From positions 18,538,001 to 18,602,000 of the forward strand of contig CM114271.1 in NCBI GenBank assembly GCA_050084515.1: a stretch of 64,000 bases of DNA, in the 5' to 3' direction. The stretch comes from Blasia pusilla (taxonomy: Eukaryota). The notes beneath the pieces were generated by a model that saw nothing but the letters and a program-made list of their open reading frames with translations, had not been told where the DNA came from and searched no databases. This document shows positions 38,831 through 50,978 of the stretch, one piece after another (positions within the stretch are counted from its first letter, which is position 1; every line of letters starts with the position of its first letter). Made by a program: the position numbers and the translations under genes.

Positions 38831-39699
38831 TTATATTCATTATCTTGATTTGCCCAACCATGTGTTAGGCAAGATTTTAACCTCCATCACTATGCCTATA
38901 ATGGAATCTTCTACCAATAATCCGCACATTATTCTATGTAGATGTGTAATAATTTGAAATTTTTATTTTTTGAAAAAATTCCTTTTTGCATATTTTTCCT
39001 TTATAATATTCATATTTGTTTTTTATTTCAAAATAGTTCTCATATTTATATTCTTTTATTTGTAAGTCTTTAAGAAGCTAAAGATCCGTACATAAAATAA
39101 AATAAAATTTATGTTAAAATAGTTGAAAGTATATCAAAATAGTTAAGTTCTTAATTTAATCCAATATGATATTTTATTTGATCATATTAAGTCTACAAAT
39201 AAAATAATAATAAGAAATATGGATCCTCATATTTTAAAAAAAAACCATTTTGTTTAACAAAAGAATGATTCAATTATTGGTACGTTGATGGATGGACATT
39301 TCTTGATTATAATTTTTTAAAATTAAAAATAACGATATCCCTTGACGTAAGAAGATACAAATGCACACGATAGTTACATTTCCCCTTAAAGACCCCACTT
39401 TGTCTTTTTTTTTTTTTTAAAAATTTTCTGTCCAAAAAGGAATGCATAAATCATGCAAAATTTTCACAATATCTACTTTGGTCTCAAGAAACATACCAAC
39501 TTTTTTTTTTCTCAAAACGACCATCCAAAACCTAAATTAGAAATAAAAAATATTAAATTTTATTTCCCAATTATTGTCTCATCTAGAAGAGTGAAAGAGC
39601 TTTAGACTGTTCAAGTGAGAGAAGGTCTTCCCAACATCAAGTCCTCCAACTCTAACGTGAATCAAATGGTGAAAACAAATGATATTAGTGATCTATGAA

Positions 39700-42600
39700 A
39701 ATATGATCTATGAAAATACTAAAACATTTAAAATATCTCTTCTTAAAGTTCTCATCTTCCTCTTTGTATTGTCTCTTTCTTTTTAACGTTTCTTTCCGAC
39801 CAAGAACTCGTTAATCATGCCATTTGATCACAAAATGCAATTTGTTGTTAGGATCGTGCGCCAAAATGAAAATATTGAAATGATCGACCAAGCATTAAAT
39901 GAAATGGTAAATCCTATATAAGATATCCTAATTATGGTTTCATTATATAAGACTAAATGGGAGGTCTCATCCGATGGAGAGGTAGAAGATCTTGCCAAAA
40001 TCCATTCCTTCAAGTTTGAAATCAATCTTACAATGGAATCTGATGATGGTTTCAGATGAAGAAAACACATAGAAGAATACACGTGACGTGTCCACATAAA
40101 GACAATGATCATTATCGTTATTAGTCTTCCTTATTTATATGGCCCATCTTTGAAGTTTACTATTCCATTTCTAAGAGCTTATGAAAACTCCTCACATTCT
40201 CGACGTCGATGCTCAATCCTATCACACCATATACATCTTCTCACAAAGTTCATACTTTTCGAAGGAGCACCAACACTAGGATTCCTATCAAGTTTAAGGT
40301 CGGCCATTCCTACTCTCAACTCTCTCAAACCTTTCACAAAGTCATCAATGGCAGAATCTTCAAGCTTTGTTGAGATGGGCTTAGGAAATGGATTTGAAAT
40401 TGATACCTCTTACTTGAATAGTGCGGTTCTTCCTCTTCTTCAACTTTGATTTGTGAGGACAGCAACAACTTCTTCCACTTTCTTCCAATTATTTTTTACA
40501 CCTCCTTCTTTGGTCTTGTCCGCCAACATTATGAAAAGCTTATCATCCAAATTCTCATCAGTCGCCTCAAGGAATAACTACGTTTTCCTCAAGTCTAGAG
40601 ATGCCCTTCCGGAAGAAGAAAGCCGAAGAAAGCGCTTCTCAAACTAACCCAACAATTCATTTTGAATCATTCCCTTCACTAGATGTTGCTTTATCCATTC
40701 TAGAAAACTCCTCTAAGTCGTCCGATGCATATCATCATCAAAGAATTCTCCTTTCAACAATAGCTCATACTCCTCCCACGAGGTTGGATTTTATGCTCTC
40801 AACTTCTTTTCTTGACTACGGATATCTGATATTATAGCTAACTCAAAATTTGATATGATATCATCTTCGAGTCCACGGTTTACCTCCATCTTACATACAT
40901 ACTCTCGAATATACTTGGCGATGTTCCTCCCGTCAAATCTCCCCAACTTCTTTACAATCGCTTGGAGAGCCCTTGTTGATCTTTGCTCTCCTATGTGAAC
41001 TCCTCCTTGCTAGCTCAACAATATTGTCAAAGTTCGGAGAAGATCCTCAACTCCCTCAATTCCCATTGATGAAGTACTCCCAAAAGTAGTCATCTTGATA
41101 AGACTCTAACTTGCAAACACAATCTACCACCTCAAAGATCTCTCAACGGAAGCATTATTTGTCGTATCGAGAGCCTTTCTTTGAGTAAGGGTAGACCTTC
41201 TAGGTGCAGCACACGTAGTTCATGCAAATCGAACTCTTTAAGAATTAATCATTTTTCAATAGAGAATTATTATGTAAATGCTCCTTTCTCTCACGACAGG
41301 AATCATCAAAGGTAATGTCGAGACGATCACTTCTTCATAAAATGGAACCCCGAAATTCCTAACTATGAAGTCCTTATAAACTACTTTGCGTTTGTGCACA
41401 AGGAAAGTAGCACAACTAGTGAAAAATCCTACTTGAGCTGACCTATTGACGTCCATGGATAGCTATATAAGGACACACAAAGTGCAATCCCTTGTCCTTC
41501 CATTCGTAAATCTACAAAGAATCACCGAATTTGAAAATTGCATGCCTTGGTTCATGAACGTATTCCCAAAATAATAAACTAGATAGCTAGTAAACAAGTG
41601 CCGATCTACAAAGAGAATCTTGACGTGGTACGGGTTAAGGAAAGGAAAATCCGACACAACTCGTGCTCCAACCCTATCAATACTTGACAAACATCATGTA
41701 CTCTCTTCTATGATGGGATTTGGCGGAGTTACTCTCCCAATAGGGGTTATCCACTCTCATTGGGAAAATGACAAGCCAAACCATTCTCTATTCCTAGTTT
41801 GACTAAACTGATCTAAGGTGACAAGTCTCTTATCTCCACACATACCACACACTAGAAACCTCTCGAATAATAGACTAAGGTCAAATTACCCTCCCAAAAG
41901 GGATAATTCATTCTCATTGGAAGAGCAAGCAATCCCAAAGCCATATTCTCAAGAGTGACACGAGAGACTCAAGACGTGAAGTAGAAGAGGATGAACCCTT
42001 GAAGGACCTCCTCTTTATATACTCACAAGGGATCCATAAGATTACGAAATAGGGATAATGTTATCTTGTGCCACATGGTTTCCTCTCAAGGTTTAGCCAA
42101 TCACATTTTGAAACAACTAGATTACCTCTTATCTACTCCAAAATATCATCTTTTACTCCGTTCATATCTTCCAAACTACCCTACCAACCCTAACCACTAA
42201 CAACAAAGACTACTTTTGCTTTTGCTTTATTAAAGCATTAAGACCACTATTTTACTTTTCTAATCCCGTGTTTTATTAATTATATTTTTTCCTAAAGTTG
42301 GGCCCGTGCAAACGAGTCACCCTGAAGAGGTTTAAACATGGGAAGTTCATTTCTCTTGGCTAATTTTCTTAATACTTATAAAACTCTCTCTAACACTTAA
42401 TGATAGAACAACTTACATAGCGGGTGATTTTACTATACGACATTGAGCCCCTCCAAATTTGTACATCCTTCGATATGTGCCAAAAACATTGAGACTTCTT
42501 ACTATTTTACTCACACTTATTTTTGTTTTTCCACAAGACACATTGAATCAAAATCAAGAAATCCCTCACGTCTGCGGAAAATTTGGACCCTTTTTCCTGC

Positions 42601-44194
42601 AATGGTCAGCTTCACAATTGTGCCATCAAGTTGATGTAGTTTGTAAGTGGCATCGTCAAAAGCAAAGACTATAACGTATGAACCAAACCAACGACGTGCA
42701 AACTTCTTAATTATATTGTGCTGGTTATCGAGGCTATTATTGTGCACCAAGACCCAATCTCCTTCTCTTATAGACTCCTTCTAAAATTGATGAGTTTTGT
42801 CAAAGCATTCCTTATTTTTCCAATCTTGCTTCCTTCATTTTGACTAATGCTTCTGCAATAAATTTTTTTGCCGCTCTAGCTGTTGCATTCGAAGTGGTAG
42901 GAGCTCTTCCCTTTCGGCCCTATCTTCCCACGGTAAACCCATGCAAGTGGGAATATCTCCTTCTGCTAGCATTATCGGCTTTTGACCTGTCATTAACTTT
43001 GTAGGCATGAACCTTATAACGGTGCTATGAGTGCTTCTATATGCCCATAAAGAAAATGGAAGTAATCTTGGCCAATTAGCATAACGCTCTCCACACGCCT
43101 TCACTAATGCTTGAATGATTGGCGGATGTCCTCTTTCTGTTTGCCTCCGAATTCATGGAGGTTGTTAGTCTCAGTTGGACTCCATACCTCTTGAAGGACT
43201 CTCGTGCTTCCTCCGCATTCAACTCTCTTCTATCTGCACGGATTCTCCCAACAGTCCCATATCGAGCAACTCTATCCTCTAGAAAAAAATGACATATAGG
43301 CTCTATTGTTTTATTCATAAAGCCCTCGCTTCTACAAAGTTGGACAACTCTTCTCGTATTAGGACCAGGTAGCGCATTCCCAAACAACCTAGTGGCATAG
43401 CAACTAAATCTATAACCCATTGATGATGATTAGACAAAGGATACATGGGTTAAAGTCCATCACCCTGATTTTAGAGTGAAATTGACATTCAACATATGAC
43501 CCAACACATCCCTCAACATCCTTGGACACGCCTTTCCACCAATCCTTGTCTTTCATCTTGGTGAAAGTTTCCCAAGTACCTTTGTGTCTTGCCCATAAAG
43601 AATGGTGAAATTCTTTGAGCACCTACACTTTTGTCCTATTGTCATCCACCACCCTCAAGGGCATCCCATCTTTCCTCTATGGCCTTTTCCAAAGATATCC
43701 ATCTTGTAGTAGATAGCCATACGCCTTATGCCGAATCTCCTTGAAGAACTTATCTCTTCATCCTTCGTCTCTTTACAGAGTGCTTAAATAGCGCCCAATT
43801 TCTTTTAACCTTCCCTTATACAAATTCTCTTTGAAGGCTAGAACATCATCTATTACACCCTGTTATCGCGATGATCCTTGCCACACATATTTATCATCCT
43901 CATCTATCTGAACTGCTTCTATATCTTCCAAACTACCCCCACCAATCCTAACCACCAATCAAGACTACTTTTGCTTTATTAAAGCGCCAATCCCATTTTT
44001 TTACTTTTTCTAATCCCATCTTTTATTTATTATCTTTTTTTTCCTTAAGTTGGGCCTGTGCAAATGAGTCATCCTAAAGAGGTTTAAACATGGGAATTTT
44101 ATTTTCCTAGGCTAATTTAGTTAATACTTATAAAACTCTCTCTAATACTTAATGATATAGGAGGTTGGATAGTTGGTGATTTTACTATACGATA
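39700..44194 (-). mobile_element. Gypsy family B tandem structure: partial LTR, deleted pol/integrase, full LTR, gag
   Basis: Partial LTR 44194-43925. Integrase 43700-42517 (KKFARRWFGSYVI, WPRLLPFSLWAYR). LTR 42442-41160. gag from ~41097: MTTFGST...KKLGRFDGRNIAKYIREY. Confidence 0.85.
41160..42442 (-). repeat. Family-B LTR (1283 bp)
   Basis: Perfect 8-bp terminal inverted repeat TGTCGTAT...ATACGACA; PPT TTGGAGGGGCTCAA upstream. Confidence 0.9.
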
Positions 44195-44889
44195 CCGCTT
44201 TAGTGGTACGAGTAAACTTCTACTACCACTCGTACACCCATCGACTTTTGCAAAATCCCATACCACCCCATCTTAACTCATGTTGAGTTTAATCCGCTCA
44301 CACCACTCAAAGACCATCTTCAACGTGGGCCTCGTCGTATAAACCAACATTGTATCTGAGACTCTTTTCTATAACTCCCGAGCTAGAAACCTAAACCAAT
44401 ACTCCAACAATTTTGCCTCACTCAGTCCATATGTAGCAATGATCAATTATTGCATGTGTGTGAACGCATCTCATAAACTCTCACTCCATGTACGCTTAAA
44501 ATCATGGAGGTGCGGTAAGAGGAGAGGAAGAGAGGAAGAGAGGAGAGAGGAAACTACCTTCAACCTATATATATACTGTTTTTTGAAGAGAGTTTCCGTT
44601 GGGTTGAAGAGAGGAAACTTTTTGTTTGAATTTTTTTTGCTCTTTTTTGTTCATATATTAAGCAGTCCCAATTTTTTTTTTCCTCTTCCATATTTTGGCA
44701 AACCCTCTGAGTCCGACGAGTTGCAAATTGTAGAAAATTTAGAAAAGTGAAAAATCAGTGGAATCATAAGTGTGGAACCAATCACTTGTTCCATCCAAGG
44801 TCTGGAAAAAATCTATCATTTGTCCGGGGCTGAATAGAGTTAAAGCTCAAAGTGAAGGTTAAGGAAAAATAAAAGTCCAATCTAAAACC

Positions 44890-45875
44890 TCATTTTGCAT
44901 CCTCAAAGTGGTTTGTTTCAAATACTGCCGCATGAAGTTTCCCCATTGTCTTATACGTTCAGTCCACCAACTCAACCAAGAGCACAACTCTTTGTACTTC
45001 CCCTCAATCGCATGCTTCCTCCATCACCCATGAAGTTCTTCTTGGCATTCCATGGCTTGCTTCAAGGTTTTGCTGTCCTTGCAGCGTTAGAGTAGAGTGT
45101 CATGCCCTGTCCTCTTATTCTCCTTGATGCAAGATTTGGTGTACCGGGTCATAGACTGTTGCCAATGGAAAGCATCCGACCTTTCCCTCTATGGTTGAAC
45201 CTCTCCACCCCAGAACACTTTCCGTATAGCAATCCACCCAGGTTGTGCATTGTCTGCCATGAACCCATAAATTTCCGGAGGTGGCCTTTTGTTTTCCTTC
45301 ACCACCTCCAATAAGAGTAACCAGCACATCTTCAAACTGCCAACGTCTTCTGCCTTTACTTCACAGACAAATATAGTTTTGAGTCCCTTCTCCACATGGT
45401 CATAAACGTGAGCACCCATTTTCAACCATCCGTTCAGCACTCTGTAGCAAATATCAAAGCTTACCCAGCTCCCGTAAAGATCTTCCCCTTCCCTCATTCG
45501 ATCTATAAGATCGAGGCCACTTGACACACCTGTGGTTGACGTTTTGAAGACAAAGGCCCTGGATCCCTCGCGTCCTTGGCCCATGAACTGCCATCTCTGA
45601 ATGAATGGAAATATGGAGTAGGCCTTGATTCTGGCGATGGCATCCATTTCGGCCGTCTTTCCACCGAGAACTCGTTTTTGACGTAGCAAATTCCGGAAGC
45701 TTTCAGGATCAGCGGATACAAAGATGGTTCCAATTTGAAGAAGAAATCGAACAGAGAGAAAATTTTCATCCACTGGTATGAAAGACTCACGAGTTTGGGG
45801 TCGAATGATTTCTGATTGAGGAAGGGCCGCCAGATGACTGCCACAAGTGAGCTTAACATAATTATCCATTCCCAC
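44890..45875 (-). pseudogene. MULE-type DDE transposase (partial, with premature stops)
   Basis: SWVSFDICYRV (first Asp), AHVYD, IYGFMADNAQPGWIAIRKVF (second Asp). Past the stop: ERSDAFHWQQSM (C/D-x2-H signature) and WLSWWTERIRQWGNF. The third catalytic Glu and the N-terminus were not found. Confidence 0.72.
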
Positions 45876-46119
45876 AAATTTCGTACAGGAGGAGGGTGAG
45901 AATGAGAAAAAGAATGGGAATGAGAATGAGAATGAATTTTTTTAATTTCTAGTGAATAGGAAAATAGATACTCTTGACAGATTTTTACTGACAAGATGAA
46001 TTTAGTAGGTGACATTGTCTGACATAATGGATCCAATTCAATTGTAACACATTCAATTTTGTTGCAATGTGTTACCGGATTTGGGAAGCAGAGACGTGGG
46101 TTGCGAAGCACACTTCATT

Positions 46120-46740
46120 TTGTTGGAACCCGTTGGAGTCCTGGTAACTCAACAATTAACAAGCTAATCAAGCCGCGCAACCCGCCGCCCGTGACGGGTT
46201 GCACGCTTCTGCGTTACCTTCAAACGCAAACATGGTCGAAGCTGGAAACCCGTCGCTCCCCGACGAGTTGCTCGGATATCGCTCCTTCTTGCCCGAAGAT
46301 GCGGGAGGCGTGCAAACCGTCTGTTCCCAACTAATTCCGCGGGTGCCGCACCTATTTGTCCAAAGACGACGAGGCGTGCAACCCGTCGCCCTCCAACGGA
46401 ATGCGCAAGGGCCTAACCTTGTGGTGCTTACATGAAGGAAGTGTGCAACCCGTCAGACTCCGAAGAGTTGCGCAGGAAGCCCGCGTTCGAACCCCTAACG
46501 AGGGAAGCGTGCAACCAAACGATCTCCAACGGATTGCCTAGGTACGTCTCGTCCTTGTCCAAACACGTCAGAGGCATGCAACATGTTGGTCTCCGACGGG
46601 TTGCGCGGGTACCTCGCGTTCTTGTCCGAAGACGACGGAGGCGCTCAACCCGTCGGTCTATGACAGGTTACTCGCGCACGTGGCAACGTACCCAGGACGG
46701 CGGAGGCGCGCAACCTTTCGTACTCCGACGGGTTGCCATT
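46120..46740. repeat. Array of ~10 palindromic motifs (~66-bp spacing) between the divergent genes
   Basis: Variants of GCAACCCGTCGGANTCCGACGGGTTGC at about 46177, 46245, 46312, 46378, 46445, 46511, 46577, 46646, 46710. Confidence 0.85.
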
Positions 46741-46826
46741 TTTCACCTCTGGAACTCCTGTAACCTCCGGCACGTCATTGTCGAAAGGACGACGGGACCC
46801 AACGGTCAGCCTAATGGCTAGAAAAG

Positions 46827-46834
46827 TATAAATA
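46827..46834 (+). promoter_or_regulatory. Putative TATA box of the cargo gene
   Basis: TATAAATA directly after the palindrome array, followed ~30 bp later by a CT-rich leader and then the + strand ORFs. Confidence 0.55.
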
Positions 46835-48339
46835 GGGCAGAAATTGCTCATTTCCGGTTTCTCATTTCGCGATCTCCATTCCTCTCTCTCCTGCGTAGCA
46901 ACTAATCAGATACCAAGGGGCGTTTCATCGCGAGTCGATACGAGGGAACCAGAGAGAGACGGTTCGACCGAAGGAGAGCGAGACGGTTCGACAGAATGAT
47001 CCCGAGACGATTCGAGCTACCCATCAAGGCTATTCATCTCCACATCAGCAAGGCGACTGATCAAGCGATTCATCGTGGACATAGGTGGAGGCATTTCCAG
47101 AAAAAATGACAAGGAAAAAATCACAAGCCAACAAGTCTGGGAGCTTCACTCCGAAGTCCGTTATGACTCCTGCGTCAGCATCTACAGTCGTTCGGCGAAT
47201 GAAATTAGGCAGCAGGAAATCGAGCAGCGGGAAAGGGAAGCGGAGATGCACAACCATGAGCTTCTTGCAAGATGTGTTCAAGAGGCGCTCGATTGACAGA
47301 ACGTAGAGGCTGAGACGTCGCAGGCCTTGAAGAAAAGGATCGCCGACGAAAAGAGAGAAAAGAAGCGTCTGGACGCTTTGGTGAGGAGAACAAAATTGGC
47401 TAAAGCGAGGAGGGAAAAAGCGATAGCCATTGACAACAGCCCTGCCCGTCCAAGCGAAAGTGTTGAGATGCGGGAAATATCCCCGATGAAGTCCGGGGAC
47501 ACAATCAACATAGCAGAAACGCCGAAGTTCAAATCACGGACAACGAGGTCATGAGGACCCCCAACATGGAGATGGTGGACATTGCCAAAGAAGCTGGAGA
47601 GCGGTCATTCTGGTTTCCAAGCCGGGCGGAAGACATCGTCCTCTATCGGATCGACGATTTCCTAGTCGATTTGCCAACTTCTGCCTCACACAAGTTGGCT
47701 GGTCAAGAAACCGACCCAATTTTCGAGCGGGTAAGAGAGGATCTAGGTTTTTTGAATTATGTGAATTGCAATTCATTGGGAATTCAAGGTAGCTTATTGA
47801 TCTTGTCCTGGTTTTGACTGGTGGTAAAGCAAATGGTTCTCATGGAGGGCCACAACGCCACGAGGATTCCACTCTGCCGATTGGGGACAATGGAATACGT
47901 CAGCAAAATTCAATCCCACGAGGACATCGCGAAGCTTAAACAATTGGCGGCGACAGCATCCTACGTTGACAGCTTTCCTCCCTTCTATGTTCAGCCTTAC
48001 GACGAGCATGGAACCCAAGCCCTGGTTACGGAGGAGGACTTGGATAAGCTTGACACATTGTGGAGGATGAGAGACCAGGATGTCAGAAGGCAAGTAGAGG
48101 GCACAGAATTCAGCTGGATGAGGAATCTGTATTTCTTCATATGGGATGGAAATCACAGGTTCATGGCGTGGACCAAGTTTGCAGAGGAGCGTCCCTACTC
48201 CTTGGAGGCACATTTTTGCGTGAAGGGAGTGGTCCTTCATCCATTCCCTCATCACATGGCGACGGTGGAGATGGCAATGCATGCCATGAACACGTGAGTA
48301 TCTTCTTGCAGGGTCGGGACTCTTGTTGGGATGGTTTTG

Positions 48340-49030
48340 GCCAAACGCATTTCGTCGCACTCCGACAAGTTGCTCGATTGATGAGTGGGTTAGGTTTTTT
48401 TTTGCCGAAAGCAACTCGTCCGACTCTGACGAGTTGCTCTACTCGACGCTTTTTCAAGATGTTTTTTGAAGAATCGAACTCGTCGGACTCCGACGAGTTC
48501 TTCAACTAACCACAGATTTAATAAGTTTTTAGCCCAAAGCAAACCGTCGGAGTCCGAGGGGTTGCTCGACTCGTTGCCTTTTCAGGATGTTTTTTGAAGA
48601 AAGAAACTTGTCAGAATCGGACGAGTTGTTCGACTGACCGCAGGTTTAGTATGTTTTTTGCCCAAAGCAATCCGTCGGTGTCTGACGGGTTGCTTGACTC
48701 GAAACTGTTTTTGGCCGAAATCAACTCGTCGGAGTCCGACGGGTTGCATTCGGAAGTTGGTTTAGCAAATTTCGCGTCAAATTGCAAGTTTCCATTCAAT
48801 TGCGCAACCTGTGGGACTTCGACGGGTTGCTATGTTCATGTTAGTATGTTCAGTTGCACAACCCGTCGGAGTCCGACGGGTTGAAACCAGGCATTAGCAA
48901 ATCTGAATGCAATCCGTCGGACTCCGACGGGTTGCATCATTTAGCTCGTTCCTAGAATCCGACCTTGAGCTGTGACAACCCGTCGGAGTCTGGCGGGTTG
49001 TAGGAACCCATGTAATTTTCTGACGGGTTG
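48340..49030. repeat. Intronic array of ~12 palindromic motifs
   Basis: Perfect example CAACCCGTCGGA-G-TCCGACGGGTTG at 48859-48883; the first six copies are spaced ~64 bp. Confidence 0.9.
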
Positions 49031-49239
49031 AGTTTGGATGTGCAGGATTGTATCAGAGGGGAATGTCATCCACCACTAGATACAGGACTGCAATCGGATG
49101 GATAAAAAAAAATGAGTTTCCACTCCGATCCGCGACGAGTCACATTCGGGTAAGGCTCAATTCCTGTAGTATAATCTCAAATATATTTTCAAATTCGGGT
49201 AAGGCTCAATGAGTGTTAATCTCTGTTGTTTTTGTCCGT

Positions 49240-49625
49240 GAGCAACTTGTCGGAAGGCGACGGGCTGGTGTCTTAGAGCTGCCCATGCTCGGCTTAGAGC
49301 AACCCGTCGGTTTCCGACGGGTTGTATCTTTCCCAGATACACAGGGAAAACCGTGGTGTACCTGCAACCCGTCGGAACCCGACGGGTTGCTGTTGCTTTT
49401 GGTTTTTCCCTGTGGTTCCGAAAAGCTGCAACCCGTCTGATAGCGACAGGTTGCTCTCAGCCGAGCATGGGCTGCTCTGGGCCAGCAACCCGTCGCCTTC
49501 CGACGGGTTGCTCACGGACAAAAACAAAGGAGAGCCCGACGGGTTGTTTTGTCCCTAACCAACCCGTCAGAAGGCGACGGGTTGGTCAAGGATAAAACAA
49601 CCCGTCGGACTCCGATAGGTTGACC
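49240..49625. repeat. Intronic array of ~8 palindromic motifs
   Basis: For example GCAACCCGTCGGTTTCCGACGGGTTG (~49299) and GCAACCCGTCGGAACCCGACGGGTTGC (~49364). Confidence 0.9.
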
Positions 49626-50692
49626 CAAAGTTAGTAATTGAAAAAGTTCTCTAGGGTCAAGCCGACTTCTTTAGTTGTTGACATTGTTTCCAACGTGCTT
49701 CTTTACAGATGGACCACTCCTACGTGTACTGCTTCGTTCGGCCCGAGCACAATTTCCAGGTGTTCAAGATCCAGGCTCCTGTGGATCCATGCTTAGATGG
49801 GTACAGCTTAGATAGTTTGTACAATTCCCCCCCGGGAATTTACATGCAAGACAGTACCCCACTTCTGGGAGGAAGGAAAAAATCGCCAACCCTGATGCAA
49901 ATGCTCATCGAGCTCTGCTCAAGGCCGGGTGACTTGGTGTTCGACTTAGTGGGACTTTCAGGGGCAAGTATCAAAGGCGCCTGGCAGAGTGGCAGGAACA
50001 TTCTCTGCCTCGAGGGAATGCAAGAACTGTTGGACCTTTGCAAGGAGGCAAAGGCAGAATACGAAAGGCTCGTTGGGGTGTACAACTCTCCACCGAAGCC
50101 GAGAGCTCCGGTTCCAGACCCACCGTTGGTATTGACTCCATCGTCACTTCCAACGATTCCAAAAATCGGGAGGGCAAGGCCGAAAGTAATTTTGCAGGAG
50201 CTCTTGGAGATGACGAGTGAGTTCAAAGAACTCAACGACCCAGCTTGACTGTAGCGTTTGGAGTCGGGAGTTTTTTATGATGAGGCAAAAGATTTCATAG
50301 AATAGATCAAATGTACAGTTCGGAGCTTTTTTCGGATGATATAAAGAGATGATTTTTTCGAACGATGGTGGTGCTTGTTAAAGTTTTCTGAACATTTTTT
50401 ATGTCTTTTCCAATATGATCGTCTATGTACTCCGGACTTCTATTTTGCAACCAGTCGGATTTCTCCTCCTTGCAACTTTTCACTTTTTGACGACAACGCC
50501 TTTTTACCACTTCCAAGCAACCTGTCGGATTCGACAGGTTTCCTGATCGGACTCTTTCCATGTTGGTCCAACTTAAGAGGCAGTCTGGCAGGCTTCTTCC
50601 CTTGGCACCTTCCCCTCAACTCGTAAAGGCAGGCGTGGGCTTTTTTCTTCTCTCAAACGTGTTGGATTCCTACTACTTGTGCAATTGCCATC

Positions 50693-50978
50693 ATGGTATT
50701 ACCAAGGACGGAGCACATATTGATACTGGATGTGTGTCACATTGCAGAGCGTACAAGGTATACTGTCGAGGAAGACGGTGGGACTCAAATCAGGTTACAT
50801 GGGACTATTATGGCGTACCTAGGGGGGGCCAAGGCTCTCGAATTCGCCAACATTTTTGATCCCCGTCTACAATCAGCCAGAGGAGCCACTTGTATCCCAC
50901 GACATTCCTTTTATACTGTCACCGAGGAGAGTTAGGAGTAAATTTGTAGATGACGAGGCTGAAGAAATCATAGACTAG
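50693..50978 (+). pseudogene. Frameshifted copy of the small ORF at 259-546
   Basis: Same ATG and TAG; 2 nt shorter in a G-run at ~50822. The C-terminus RVRSKFVDDEAEEIID is readable in the shifted frame. Confidence 0.45.

Larger units (their letters stand above)
47075..50248 (+). pseudogene. Spliced cargo gene: charged N-terminus, ParB/Sulfiredoxin-like domain, N4C/N6A DNA methyltransferase C-terminal domain
   Basis: Exons ~47075-47788 (one stop, one frameshift), ~47848-48293 (FFIWDGNHRFMAW; donor GTGAGT 48294), 49046-49149 (TGCAG acceptor, phase-compatible, one stop; donor GTAAGG 49150), 49709-50248 (TTTACAG acceptor). The last exon has KSPTLMQMLIELCSRPGDLVFDLVGLSGASIKGAWQSGRNILCLE, matching motifs X-I-II of beta-class amino-MTases. 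Confidence 0.75.

Noticed and set aside
48340-49625. Regularly spaced palindromic repeats resembling a CRISPR array
   Set aside because: The repeats are degenerate, neighbouring spacers resemble each other, the arrays lie in spliceosomal introns, and no cas genes are present.
49820-49845. NSPPGIY as the SPPY catalytic motif of an N4C methyltransferase
   Set aside because: It lacks the aromatic residue after PP and lies just before motif X, whereas beta-class enzymes have motif IV far upstream.
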